From positions 20,840 through 52,839 of the forward strand of contig DGGR01000038.1 in assembly GCA_002392285.1 (NCBI GenBank): 32,000 nt of DNA, in the 5' to 3' direction. Both the position numbers and the translations under genes were made by a program. The notes below the pieces were generated by a model. It was not told the origin of the DNA, did no database searches, and was given only the letters and a program-made list of their open reading frames with translations. Origin of the DNA: Verrucomicrobia bacterium UBA3869. Lineage in GTDB: Bacteria > Verrucomicrobiota > Verrucomicrobiia > Opitutales > UBA9783. This document shows positions 7,243 to 15,077 of this stretch, piece by piece; positions within the stretch are counted from its first letter, which is position 1, and the number at the start of each line of letters is the position of its first letter.

Positions 7243-8379
7243 ATGAGTATTTGGAAAATATTACATTCGAGTTTGTTAATCACAGGAACTGCAATTGGTG
7301 CTGGATTTATTGCACTGCCTATGTCCGTGATCAATTTAGGCATTCCGATGAGTGCCGCGCTCATTATTGTCATGTGCTTTGTGGCTTATAAATCCTCCAT
7401 GATGTTGGTGGATTTAAATTCTGCCAATCGTATCCCAGTTTCTATCGTTGGGCTGACAAAAAAATATACCGGAAATGCGTGTTTTGGGGCCACGTTATTT
7501 TCTTTTTACTTGTTCTCGTTTGGCGTATTGACCGTCTACTTTTCATGTTTTTCTGATACCTTGAGTGTTATGTCATCGATCAATCCGAATGTAATTGGGA
7601 TTGGGTTCGCATGTGCCTTATTTATTTTGCTCAATTTGCGTATCGATAAAATGTCGGGGATCAATTCGCTTTTGGTTTTGGTGTTATTAATGATGCTAGC
7701 CCTGGCTGTGTTTTTTGTACAAAGCGCTCCAGAAGGATGGGCGCAAAAAATTGCCATGAATTGGAATGAATTGAGGATATTTTTGCCGATTTGCTTAACC
7801 TCTTTTGTGATGCAAGGTGTATGTCCGCAAATCTGCTCGTATTTAGATTATAACCGGCGTCACATCCAAATTGCTTTGGTTGTTGGTTTGTTGATGCCTA
7901 TGGGCGTTTATATGGCATGGATTACTGGCGTGCTTAACGGAGTTTCTGCGCATGATAGCGATTTCTTTGTGCGGATGCAGCAACACCAGATAACAGTCGG
8001 GCAATTGATCGATTTTTTGTGTAAGACATCCAGCCCATTGTTGGGAGTAATTCTAAAATGGGTGACCTTATGTGCAGTCGTTACATCGGCTATTGGTTTT
8101 GCGGTTGGTGTTGTACAGGCGATGCGTGCCGTTGTCCCATTGCCAGTGGCTCGAATCATTCCTTGCATTGTTCCAGTAGCTGTTAATTGGTTAATTCCAA
8201 ACGCTTTTGTGTATGTATTGTGCTTTAGTGGCCTAATGGCAGTGATGTTTGCTATCTTATCGCCTTATTTGTGCTTAAAACATAAGAAATTACCCTGCTA
8301 TTTTTCCTATCATTTATGCGTAGTAATCGCTTTGGTGGTAGGTGCGTGTGAGATAGTCAATTTACTCCACAGTTTTTAG
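7243..8379 (+). CDS. tyrP: aromatic amino acid (tyrosine/tryptophan-type) permease, HAAAP family, paralog 2
   Basis: LLITGTAIGAGFIALP, SMMLVDLN and FSFYLFSFGVLTVYFSCFSDTLS align block by block with paralog 1 (SMMVVDLN, FSFYLLSFGLLAVYFSCVSDTLS). Confidence 0.85.
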   Translation: MSIWKILHSSLLITGTAIGAGFIALPMSVINLGIPMSAALIIVMCFVAYKSSMMLVDLNSANRIPVSIVGLTKKYTGNACFGATLFSFYLFSFGVLTVYFSCFSDTLSVMSSINPNVIGIGFACALFILLNLRIDKMSGINSLLVLVLLMMLALAVFFVQSAPEGWAQKIAMNWNELRIFLPICLTSFVMQGVCPQICSYLDYNRRHIQIALVVGLLMPMGVYMAWITGVLNGVSAHDSDFFVRMQQHQITVGQLIDFLCKTSSPLLGVILKWVTLCAVVTSAIGFAVGVVQAMRAVVPLPVARIIPCIVPVAVNWLIPNAFVYVLCFSGLMAVMFAILSPYLCLKHKKLPCYFSYHLCVVIALVVGACEIVNLLHSF

Positions 8380-8389
8380 GAATAGTACC

Positions 8390-9511
8390 TTAACGGGCGC
8401 TGAAGAAGTTTTGGATGGCACGGCACACCCAATCAATTTGTTCGGTGGTTAAGCCAGGATAAATAGGTAAACTGAGTACCTCTTGAGTCAATTGATGAGC
8501 TCGCGCGGTCGGTATGCCTTGATCGGTTGAAATCGAGCGCAAACTGGGCTGTTGATCCAAGGTTTTGGGATAATAAATAGCGCTGCCAATTGCTTGTTGA
8601 GCTAAAAATGCTTTAAGTTCGTCCCGTTTGCGGTTCAAAACCCGCACAGTAAATTGATTCCACGTGTGGTATCCATCGCTGGGATTATTGGGCAAACAAA
8701 GGGAGTCGATTCCTTGAAGGGCCGATAGATAACGTTCGGCATTGGCTCTACGTTTGCTAATTGCTTCGTCGACATAAGGAAGTTTGATGGCCAATAAGGC
8801 AGCCTGTAGGGTGTCGATGCGGAAATTTCCACCTAAATACAGGTGCTCGTACGTAACGTGCGATCCATGTACCCGCAAACATTTGATTTTTTCAAACAAT
8901 GCAGTGTCTTGGGTCGTTACCATACCGGCATCGCCAAAACCACCTAGGTTTTTGGTTGGGAAAAAACTAAAGGCTGCAACATCACCCCAGGATCCCGTTA
9001 ACAAGTTTTGTGATTTAGCGCCTTGGGCTTGTGCTACATCTTCAATGATTTTTAAATGGTGCCGCTGAGCAAAGGCTTTTACCGCATCGGGTTCGCAGCT
9101 TTGTCCAAATAAATGAACCACCACAATCGCTTTTGTTCTAGAAGACACCTTTTTTTCAGCATCCGCTAAATCTATTAGGTAGTTATTGGTATGAACATCT
9201 ACCCATACCGGTTGTGCTCCTAAGCGCGCAATGGTGCTCGCACTGGCGAAAAAAGTAAAGGATGGGCACAGAACCTCATCATTCGGTTGGATATCAAGCG
9301 CTTGTAGGGCAATTAACAAGGCGTCGGTTCCAGATGAAACGCCGACTGCATACTTACAATGGTTTTGAGCAGCAAATTGATGTTCAAACTGTTCTACCGC
9401 TTCCCCTAAAATGTATTTGCCCGATTGAATGATCGACTGAAATACTTTGTTAAAGGCTTCCAGATGGGGTTGATTGGTGTAATCAGGACAAAACAGAGGA
9501 ACTTTCATCAT
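8390..9511 (-). CDS. DegT/DnrJ/EryC1/StrS family PLP-dependent sugar aminotransferase
   Basis: GVSSGTDALLIAL, DEVLCPSFTFFASASTI and FSFFPTKNLGGFGDAGMVTT (the PLP-lysine region) are family signatures. I prefer the start at MMKVPLF (9511) over the track start at 9577 because family members begin close to this motif. The sugar substrate cannot be assigned. Confidence 0.85.
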   Translation of the reverse strand: MMKVPLFCPDYTNQPHLEAFNKVFQSIIQSGKYILGEAVEQFEHQFAAQNHCKYAVGVSSGTDALLIALQALDIQPNDEVLCPSFTFFASASTIARLGAQPVWVDVHTNNYLIDLADAEKKVSSRTKAIVVVHLFGQSCEPDAVKAFAQRHHLKIIEDVAQAQGAKSQNLLTGSWGDVAAFSFFPTKNLGGFGDAGMVTTQDTALFEKIKCLRVHGSHVTYEHLYLGGNFRIDTLQAALLAIKLPYVDEAISKRRANAERYLSALQGIDSLCLPNNPSDGYHTWNQFTVRVLNRKRDELKAFLAQQAIGSAIYYPKTLDQQPSLRSISTDQGIPTARAHQLTQEVLSLPIYPGLTTEQIDWVCRAIQNFFSAR

Positions 9512-9661
9512 AGGTACCTTAAAAACAGGAAGCGGATGGGTCAAAAACATTTTTTGTCGGAAGCCCTTTGAGCCCATTGATAGGCTTCAAATGCTTTTTA
9601 TCATAAAATTCATTTGACAAGCGCTAATGATCGCTTCTAACTAAATAAAAAATAATTCATT

Positions 9662-9907
9662 ATGTCATTGAGAATACGGTTGCAGCGTTTTGGATCTAAG
9701 AATCATCCTAAATATCGTGTAGTGGTTGCTGAAAAATCAGTACGTCGCGATGGCCGTTTCGTGGAATTATTGGGTGCCTATAATCCTACTGAACAAGAAG
9801 ATAGCAAAAAAGTACAGATGAATATCGAACGTGCGGATTATTGGGTATCTAAAGGAGCTCAACCGAGCGATACTGTGCGTTATCTCATGCGCATTGCTCG
9901 GGCTTAA
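9662..9907 (+). CDS. rpsP: 30S ribosomal protein S16
   Basis: MSLRIRLQRFGSKNHPKYRVVVAE...GRFVELLGAYNP fits the S16 pattern (IRL.R.G.K..P.Y.vVvad.r..RdGrfIe.lG.ynP). Confidence 0.95.
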   Translation: MSLRIRLQRFGSKNHPKYRVVVAEKSVRRDGRFVELLGAYNPTEQEDSKKVQMNIERADYWVSKGAQPSDTVRYLMRIARA

Positions 9908-9935
9908 CAAGGTAATTGCTTACTTTGTTAAAACG

Positions 9936-9961
9936 AAATCTTGAAGATGAATTCAAGATTT
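9936..9961 (+). other. perfect 10-bp stem hairpin in the rpsP-trmD spacer
   Basis: AAATCTTGAA (9936..9945), loop GATGAA, TTCAAGATTT (9952..9961). No T-tract follows, so it is not a canonical terminator. It may be a processing or stability element. Confidence 0.35.
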
Positions 9962-10008
9962 AGAAGTTTAGAGGGGTGGCATGTCCTTTGTCTTTTGGAG
10001 TTTAAATC

Positions 10009-10683
10009 ATGTTGAAAATTGATGTTTTAACGTTGTTTCCAAAAATGCTGGATGGATTCGTAACTGAAAGCATTGTGGGTCGTGCGCTACGGGAGCAATT
10101 GTTTTCGTTACAGGTTCGTAATTTACGCGATTGGGCTGAGGGTCCGCATTATCAGGTGGATGATCGTCCATTCGGCGGTGGAGCTGGGATGGTTCTGCAA
10201 TTCGATGTATTGTCTCACGCGATTAAGTCGCTGCGTAAGGAGAAAACGCACGTTGTGTATTTGTGCCCCGATGGAATGCCGCTGACGATGAAAAAAGTAC
10301 GTGAATTAACGCAAAAAGAGCATGTAGTGTTGGTATCAGGGCATTACGAAAGCGTGGACGAACGGTTCCGCGAACAGTATGTGGATGAAGAAATCTCTAT
10401 AGGCGATTATGTACTGACCAATGGTACTTTGCCTGCAGCCGTTGTTATTGATGCAATGGTTCGGTGCTTGCCAGGGGCTTTGGGCGATGAACAATCGTTG
10501 GAGCAGGATAGCTTTAGGGATGGTTTGTTGTCGTTTCCACAGTATACCCGTCCCAAAGAGCATGAAGGTAAAGGTGTACCTAGTATTTTATTTTCAGGAG
10601 ATCATGCTGCAATCGCAAAGTGGCGCCTGGAACAACAAATTAAACGAACGATTCGTAGACGTCCGGATTTGATTTTTAATTGA
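10009..10683 (+). CDS. trmD: tRNA (guanine37-N1)-methyltransferase TrmD
   Basis: IDVLTLFPKM, VDDRPFGGGAGMV, LVSGHYESVDERF and EISIGDYVLTNG are canonical TrmD motifs. Confidence 0.95.
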   Translation: MLKIDVLTLFPKMLDGFVTESIVGRALREQLFSLQVRNLRDWAEGPHYQVDDRPFGGGAGMVLQFDVLSHAIKSLRKEKTHVVYLCPDGMPLTMKKVRELTQKEHVVLVSGHYESVDERFREQYVDEEISIGDYVLTNGTLPAAVVIDAMVRCLPGALGDEQSLEQDSFRDGLLSFPQYTRPKEHEGKGVPSILFSGDHAAIAKWRLEQQIKRTIRRRPDLIFN

Positions 10684-10719
10684 CAGGATTAGCAGCATTT
10701 TATTTTCATAGAGAAAACC

Positions 10720-11085
10720 ATGAATCAAGATATTTTGCGAGAAGTTACAAAACACCAGCTAAAAGCAGAAATTCCTTTGTTTAAAGTTGGGGATGAGGTT
10801 TGCGTGTCTATCAAAGTTAAAGAGGGTGGAAAAGAGCGTATTCAAAAGTTTACTGGAATTGTAATTGCGCGCAAAGGAAGTGGAATTTCGGAAACGTTTA
10901 CCGTACGTCGGGTTGTTTCGGATTTTGCTGTTGAGCGTGTGTTCCATTTACATGCTCCCAATATTAGCGGTATCAAAGTCACTAAGGAAAGTGTGGTTTT
11001 GGATACGGCAAAATGGTATAAATCACGTAAGTGGGTTGGTAAAGCTGCAAGCCAAGTACGTGAGAAACGTTTGTTCGCTAAATAA
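10720..11085 (+). CDS. rplS: 50S ribosomal protein L19
   Basis: IPLFKVGDEVCV...EGGKERIQKFTGIVIARKG.G..ETFTVRR....AVERVF..H.P matches L19, and the gene sits in the conserved position after trmD. The C-terminal basic motif is unusually divergent (see findings). Confidence 0.9.
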   Translation: MNQDILREVTKHQLKAEIPLFKVGDEVCVSIKVKEGGKERIQKFTGIVIARKGSGISETFTVRRVVSDFAVERVFHLHAPNISGIKVTKESVVLDTAKWYKSRKWVGKAASQVREKRLFAK

Positions 11086-11173
11086 AACGTTTGGTCTTTT
11101 AAAACTCAGCATTCATTAGGTAGGATGGCTAGTGATTGGTGAGCAGAAGCACCATCCAGGAAGGATTGTGTGC

Positions 11174-12364
11174 ATGAAGCGTTTTTTGTGGGTTAGTTTA
11201 GTATTGTTATTGCCGGCAGCCTGGGGTAGGTCGCCTTTTTTGTCTGCATTTAAACCGTATTTAAAAACACATATTGATCTATCAGAGAGTTTGTTGTCCT
11301 TATCCTATACCGTAGCCGGTTTTTTATCAGCGATTCTTGTTCCTTATTTTATCAGTTCTTTGGGCAAAAACTTTAAGCTGACGCATGGTTTTCGTGTGGC
11401 TTACGGGATTTATATTGCAGGATTTATGATGTTTTTAGGAGCAATGCACGTGCACAATAGTACACTATTGACATTTATTTGCTTGGTATTGGGTTATTTC
11501 GGATTACGTTGCTGCGGGCAAAACTTACTGCCGGTATTGTCGCGAGCCTATAGTGCAGTGGTTTGTACGGATAAACAATGCGCTTATGTGTCGGGTTGGC
11601 ATAGTTTGGTACAGTTGGGAGGGTCATTGTTGCTGGCCATTTTGTCCGCCTACAATGCGTTTAGTAGCTGGAATTATGTGATTTATGGGCAGATTGCGGT
11701 ACTGTTGCTTTACATGATTTTCGTTCCATCTGATTTGCCACAAACAAACGCTAGCCAAGTATCTTTTGTAGCGGTATTGCGGTATATCCCTCGTTTGCCT
11801 TGGCCCTTCTTATTCGGTGTGCTAATAGCAGCGTTCGAAAATTTCAATGCTACGGGAATGATTTTTCATTTATCGGATTTTGCACGGGAAAATGGCGTAT
11901 CGTTATCCAAAATCTATAAGATGTTCTTACCTGTTACCATTTTAACTTTCTTGTTTACCTTTGTCTGTGCCTGGGTTTATTCCCGTATATCATTAAAATG
12001 GAACGCATTGATGGTCATGATCAACATGGTCTTGTGTGTCTTATGTGGTATCAACTTAAACCATGATTGGTGTGTTTTAGGTCTTATTGTAACGAGTGGG
12101 CTTGGCTGGGCGTTTATTCATGTATTGGCGTATTGCTTGTCTAAGCGCTTACTGCCAGCTGAGCAGCAACCAATGGGATACGCAGCTTATGGGGCAATTA
12201 CAGGTACTTGTAGCGCCTGTGGACCTATCGCTTTCACCAGCTTGTTCACTATTTTTGGTAGTTATATCACGAGTTCTATCGTAATGATAGCTATTATGTG
12301 CGCGCTTACTCTGGTGGTCGCTTATGCGCTTTGGTTTCTGCCTTCCTTAAAGGAATTCAGGTAA
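11174..12364 (+). CDS. polytopic membrane transporter, probably major facilitator superfamily
   Basis: About 12 hydrophobic segments over about 396 aa. I prefer the ATG at 11174, preceded by GGAAGGA 9 nt upstream, over the GTG at 11132. No diagnostic substrate motif is visible. Confidence 0.55.
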   Translation: MKRFLWVSLVLLLPAAWGRSPFLSAFKPYLKTHIDLSESLLSLSYTVAGFLSAILVPYFISSLGKNFKLTHGFRVAYGIYIAGFMMFLGAMHVHNSTLLTFICLVLGYFGLRCCGQNLLPVLSRAYSAVVCTDKQCAYVSGWHSLVQLGGSLLLAILSAYNAFSSWNYVIYGQIAVLLLYMIFVPSDLPQTNASQVSFVAVLRYIPRLPWPFLFGVLIAAFENFNATGMIFHLSDFARENGVSLSKIYKMFLPVTILTFLFTFVCAWVYSRISLKWNALMVMINMVLCVLCGINLNHDWCVLGLIVTSGLGWAFIHVLAYCLSKRLLPAEQQPMGYAAYGAITGTCSACGPIAFTSLFTIFGSYITSSIVMIAIMCALTLVVAYALWFLPSLKEFR

Positions 12365-12370
12365 AGCGAT

Positions 12371-13072
12371 TTACTTAATGGATTGAATGGCCATTAAAAT
12401 CCGTTTAATTATATGGCCATAACTGTCCTTGTTCGCTTTCGCTTGAGCTAATGAGCGGTATTTTTTTGTATCATAGCCTGGATAAGCCCAAAGGCCGCCT
12501 AAATCCTCAAGATTGGGTGCGCATCCTCTTCGAACCCGTTGAAAGCGCAGATCGATGCACTTGTTAGCAAGGGGCTTATGAGAAGCATAAGCTTTTAAGT
12601 GCTGAATTTGAGCGCGGATACCTTCGCGTGGGGTTGCGAATTGATGCCCAGGTACGCCATTACCCGTTGCACCCAGTCCGCAGAAGTTGTTTTGGCGAGG
12701 GGATACATCTTTCCCAAATTTAAAGTAATTGGTTTCGTGCAATGCTTGCGCGAAGGCTAAATCTCCGCGTACGCCTTCTTTTGCCCCTTCTTCAAGAAAG
12801 AGTTGGGGATAAGCTAAATAGCTTTTGGACACCTTAGGATTGCGCGCTAACAGCAACTGTTGCATTTGATGAACCGTGCAGGTAGCTTGACCCATAATAC
12901 GGGTTGGGGCGGTCTGTTTAGGGTTCCTATAAATAGGTTTAGAGGATGGAACGGTTAACGTGACTTGTCGATAGGATGTCGAATGGGATATACAGCCGGT
13001 TAGGAAGCCCAATAAAAGTATTGCAAGTAGTTTAAATTGACAGCCCTTAGTATGCATTTTCGTAATCGGCAC
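12371..13072 (-). CDS. lipoprotein with a glucosaminidase-like (peptidoglycan hydrolase) domain
   Basis: Lipobox LLGFLTGC after a basic N-region. FAQALHETNYFKFG...NNFCGLGATG resembles the mannosyl-glycoprotein endo-beta-N-acetylglucosaminidase domain core (A..E(T/S)g.....NN.fGi). An alternative ATG start is at 13057. Confidence 0.5.
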   Translation of the reverse strand: MPITKMHTKGCQFKLLAILLLGFLTGCISHSTSYRQVTLTVPSSKPIYRNPKQTAPTRIMGQATCTVHQMQQLLLARNPKVSKSYLAYPQLFLEEGAKEGVRGDLAFAQALHETNYFKFGKDVSPRQNNFCGLGATGNGVPGHQFATPREGIRAQIQHLKAYASHKPLANKCIDLRFQRVRRGCAPNLEDLGGLWAYPGYDTKKYRSLAQAKANKDSYGHIIKRILMAIQSIK

Positions 13073-13181
13073 GCATTGTGCTACTAATTAAATTAAAAAC
13101 AGTTTTTTAATTATAAGTTATTTATTATAGCTTTGCAAATAAAATTTTTAAATTTCGCATTCAAAATAGAAAGGATGGTAA

Positions 13182-13634
13182 ATGACAGCTTTATGTAAGT
13201 TCGATTATAACAAATTGGCCATGGCGCTTCGTAAAGAAATTGAAGAATATGGATCACTTTTGCGGATGCTTTATCAACAACAAAATTGCTTATTGAATTC
13301 TTTAAAGCGTGCAACAGCGGATGTTGAGGAACAATTGACTGCAAATCAATTAGCAACAGCGGATCGTTCAGCCATGGTTCATCAATTGGCAGAAAATTTG
13401 AAACGTAAAGATTTATCCCTCAATGAATTACCCAGTGTGGTTCCTTCAGAGCTGCATTTTTTGTTCAAAGCTTTGGTGGATGAGGTGATTTCCTTACGGA
13501 TTCGCATTAAACATAAAATGCAATTTCAACGACGTTTGTTGGAAGAGGCTCAGATGACCAACCAGTCGGTTATTCAGCAGGTTTTCCCACAAAGTGTCTT
13601 ACAAGATATCTCTTCTTTAAACTCTTATTATTGA
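13182..13634 (+). CDS. FlgN-like helical protein (export-chaperone-like), function uncertain
   Basis: 150 aa, predicted all-helical. LRKEIEEYGSLLRMLYQQQNCLLNSL fits the FlgN-family opening pattern (L..e.e.l..Ll.ll..Eq.aL). SD AAGGATGG lies at 13171..13178. csrA starts 10 nt after its stop. Confidence 0.35.
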   Translation: MTALCKFDYNKLAMALRKEIEEYGSLLRMLYQQQNCLLNSLKRATADVEEQLTANQLATADRSAMVHQLAENLKRKDLSLNELPSVVPSELHFLFKALVDEVISLRIRIKHKMQFQRRLLEEAQMTNQSVIQQVFPQSVLQDISSLNSYY

Positions 13635-13644
13635 TTATTTACTT

Positions 13645-13818
13645 ATGTTAGTTCTTACGCGTAATGCTGGTGAATCTATTATCATTATATTGCCTGATAC
13701 TCAAACTATTGAGATCCGGGTGAATACAGTTTCTGGGAAACAGGTAAAATTGGGGGTTATTGCGCCAAAAGATTTTAAAATCTATCGGCGTGAAGCATAC
13801 GATGCTTCATCCAATTAA
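13645..13818 (+). CDS. csrA: carbon storage regulator CsrA (57 aa); absent from the supplied ORF track because it falls below the length cutoff
   Basis: Manual translation gives MLVLTRNAGESIIIILPDTQTIEIRVNTVSGKQVKLGVIAPKDFKIYRREAYDASSN. Compare E. coli CsrA, [48 protein letters not shown]. MLvLTR..GEsi, G.QV+lGv.APK and i.R.E.Y are all conserved. Confidence 0.85.
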   Translation: MLVLTRNAGESIIIILPDTQTIEIRVNTVSGKQVKLGVIAPKDFKIYRREAYDASSN

Positions 13819-13821
13819 TGC

Positions 13822-15003
13822 TTAAGCTTTGTGAGTAATTTTCTCCCATATGCTTTGAATAAAGATAATGAGGAAATTGTTAGCGGTGACATTGCACAAG
13901 GTTGTTATAGGATCAATAAGCATATAAAAGGCAGTGATCAGCGCGAGCATTTCTTCGGAAAAGCCCAAATAATGCTGTAAAATCGGTAAAGATACCATAA
14001 TGCTACCGCCAGGGATACCGGCTCCAGCGAATTTATTCATCACAAAACAGAGACCAAAGATAAAATACGTGCTCATCGAAGGCATGGGCATACCAAAGCT
14101 GTGAAGGATGATAACCGTCAAAATGGGAATACAGATGGTATCGCCCAACATATGAAAGTTGATGGTTATCGGCATAACGGCGTTTGCCAAAACAGGATTT
14201 TTTGTATTGCGAGTGGCGGCCTCGATGGAAAAGGGGAGGGCTGCAGCGCTGGACATGGTGGTTGCTCCTGTAATAATTGCTGGTAGTATGTTTTTGAGCA
14301 AAGTAACAGCTGGAATTCCTCCACAACGGCTGGCAGTCAGCCACCATAAACATAAATAGAGGAACAAAAATCCAACCATGAGGGTGCAGGAACGCCCATT
14401 GTTGCGTATTAACTGCGACATTTGCCCTTCGACCAGTAATTTAAGGATAAATCCCATTAAAAACAGGGGCAATGCGGGGATAAAAACCTTCAGGATAAAC
14501 GTTAACGTGATGCGATGAATCAATTGTAGGCATTTCATCCAAGGCGATAAGTGGATAAAGTTATGAACCAATCCACTAGCAACCCCAATGATTAACGCCC
14601 ATGCATTGGGCAATAAGGGCGGAAGCGCTGGTAAATAGTAGGGTTCAATCGATGGAGCCGTTGCTAAAATGGGCTGTGCTGCATTGGGTGCAAAATAAGG
14701 AATGACATAGCAGCCGACCACTCCTGACATCATCAGATTGCAAAAATTGGATAGGATGACAATCGCCATCAGCGTAAGGACGAACCCAATGCCATTACCT
14801 TTGAATGACGCAAAAGCTAAGGCAGTTCCGCTTAAAATGAGTAACGGGAGAAAAAATAACAGCAGGTTTTTTAAGAAAATGCTGATAGTCAATGCCCCTT
14901 GAATAAAAGGGATGGGAAGTACAGCGTAGGTTAAAAAGCAAAACCCTAAGGTAATAAAGATACGGGTTAGGGGCTCTTTAAGTAATTTTTTTGCCGCTAT
15001 CAC
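13822..15003 (-). CDS. dicarboxylate/amino acid:cation symporter (DAACS/GltP family)
   Basis: Polytopic protein. GATTMSSAAALPFSIEA...MPITINFHMLGDT corresponds to the family SSSAATLP...LP.GATINMDGTA motifs. The start is GTG at 15003, with no in-frame ATG nearby. Confidence 0.8.
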   Translation of the reverse strand: MIAAKKLLKEPLTRIFITLGFCFLTYAVLPIPFIQGALTISIFLKNLLLFFLPLLILSGTALAFASFKGNGIGFVLTLMAIVILSNFCNLMMSGVVGCYVIPYFAPNAAQPILATAPSIEPYYLPALPPLLPNAWALIIGVASGLVHNFIHLSPWMKCLQLIHRITLTFILKVFIPALPLFLMGFILKLLVEGQMSQLIRNNGRSCTLMVGFLFLYLCLWWLTASRCGGIPAVTLLKNILPAIITGATTMSSAAALPFSIEAATRNTKNPVLANAVMPITINFHMLGDTICIPILTVIILHSFGMPMPSMSTYFIFGLCFVMNKFAGAGIPGGSIMVSLPILQHYLGFSEEMLALITAFYMLIDPITTLCNVTANNFLIIFIQSIWEKITHKA

Positions 15004-15077
15004 AAGTTAAAAGCAACGCCCTCGGCAGCGCTTGTCAAGCTTGTTTCGGGAATGGCTTAGCGCTTAGATAAATACCT

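Noticed and set aside
9512-9577. N-terminal extensions suggested by the ORF track: DegT 9577, MFS 11132 (GTG), RsmD 16455, HPF 31996 (TTG)
   Set aside because: Family alignments from memory start at the internal Met in each case. The internal starts also have better context: GGAAGGA before 11174, a TAATG overlap at 16431, and an ATG at 31978.
9614-9647. TTGACA upstream of rpsP as a sigma70 promoter
   Set aside because: The -35 is perfect, but no acceptable -10 hexamer lies at 16-19 nt spacing. The best candidates match only 2-3 of 6 positions, so I did not call it.
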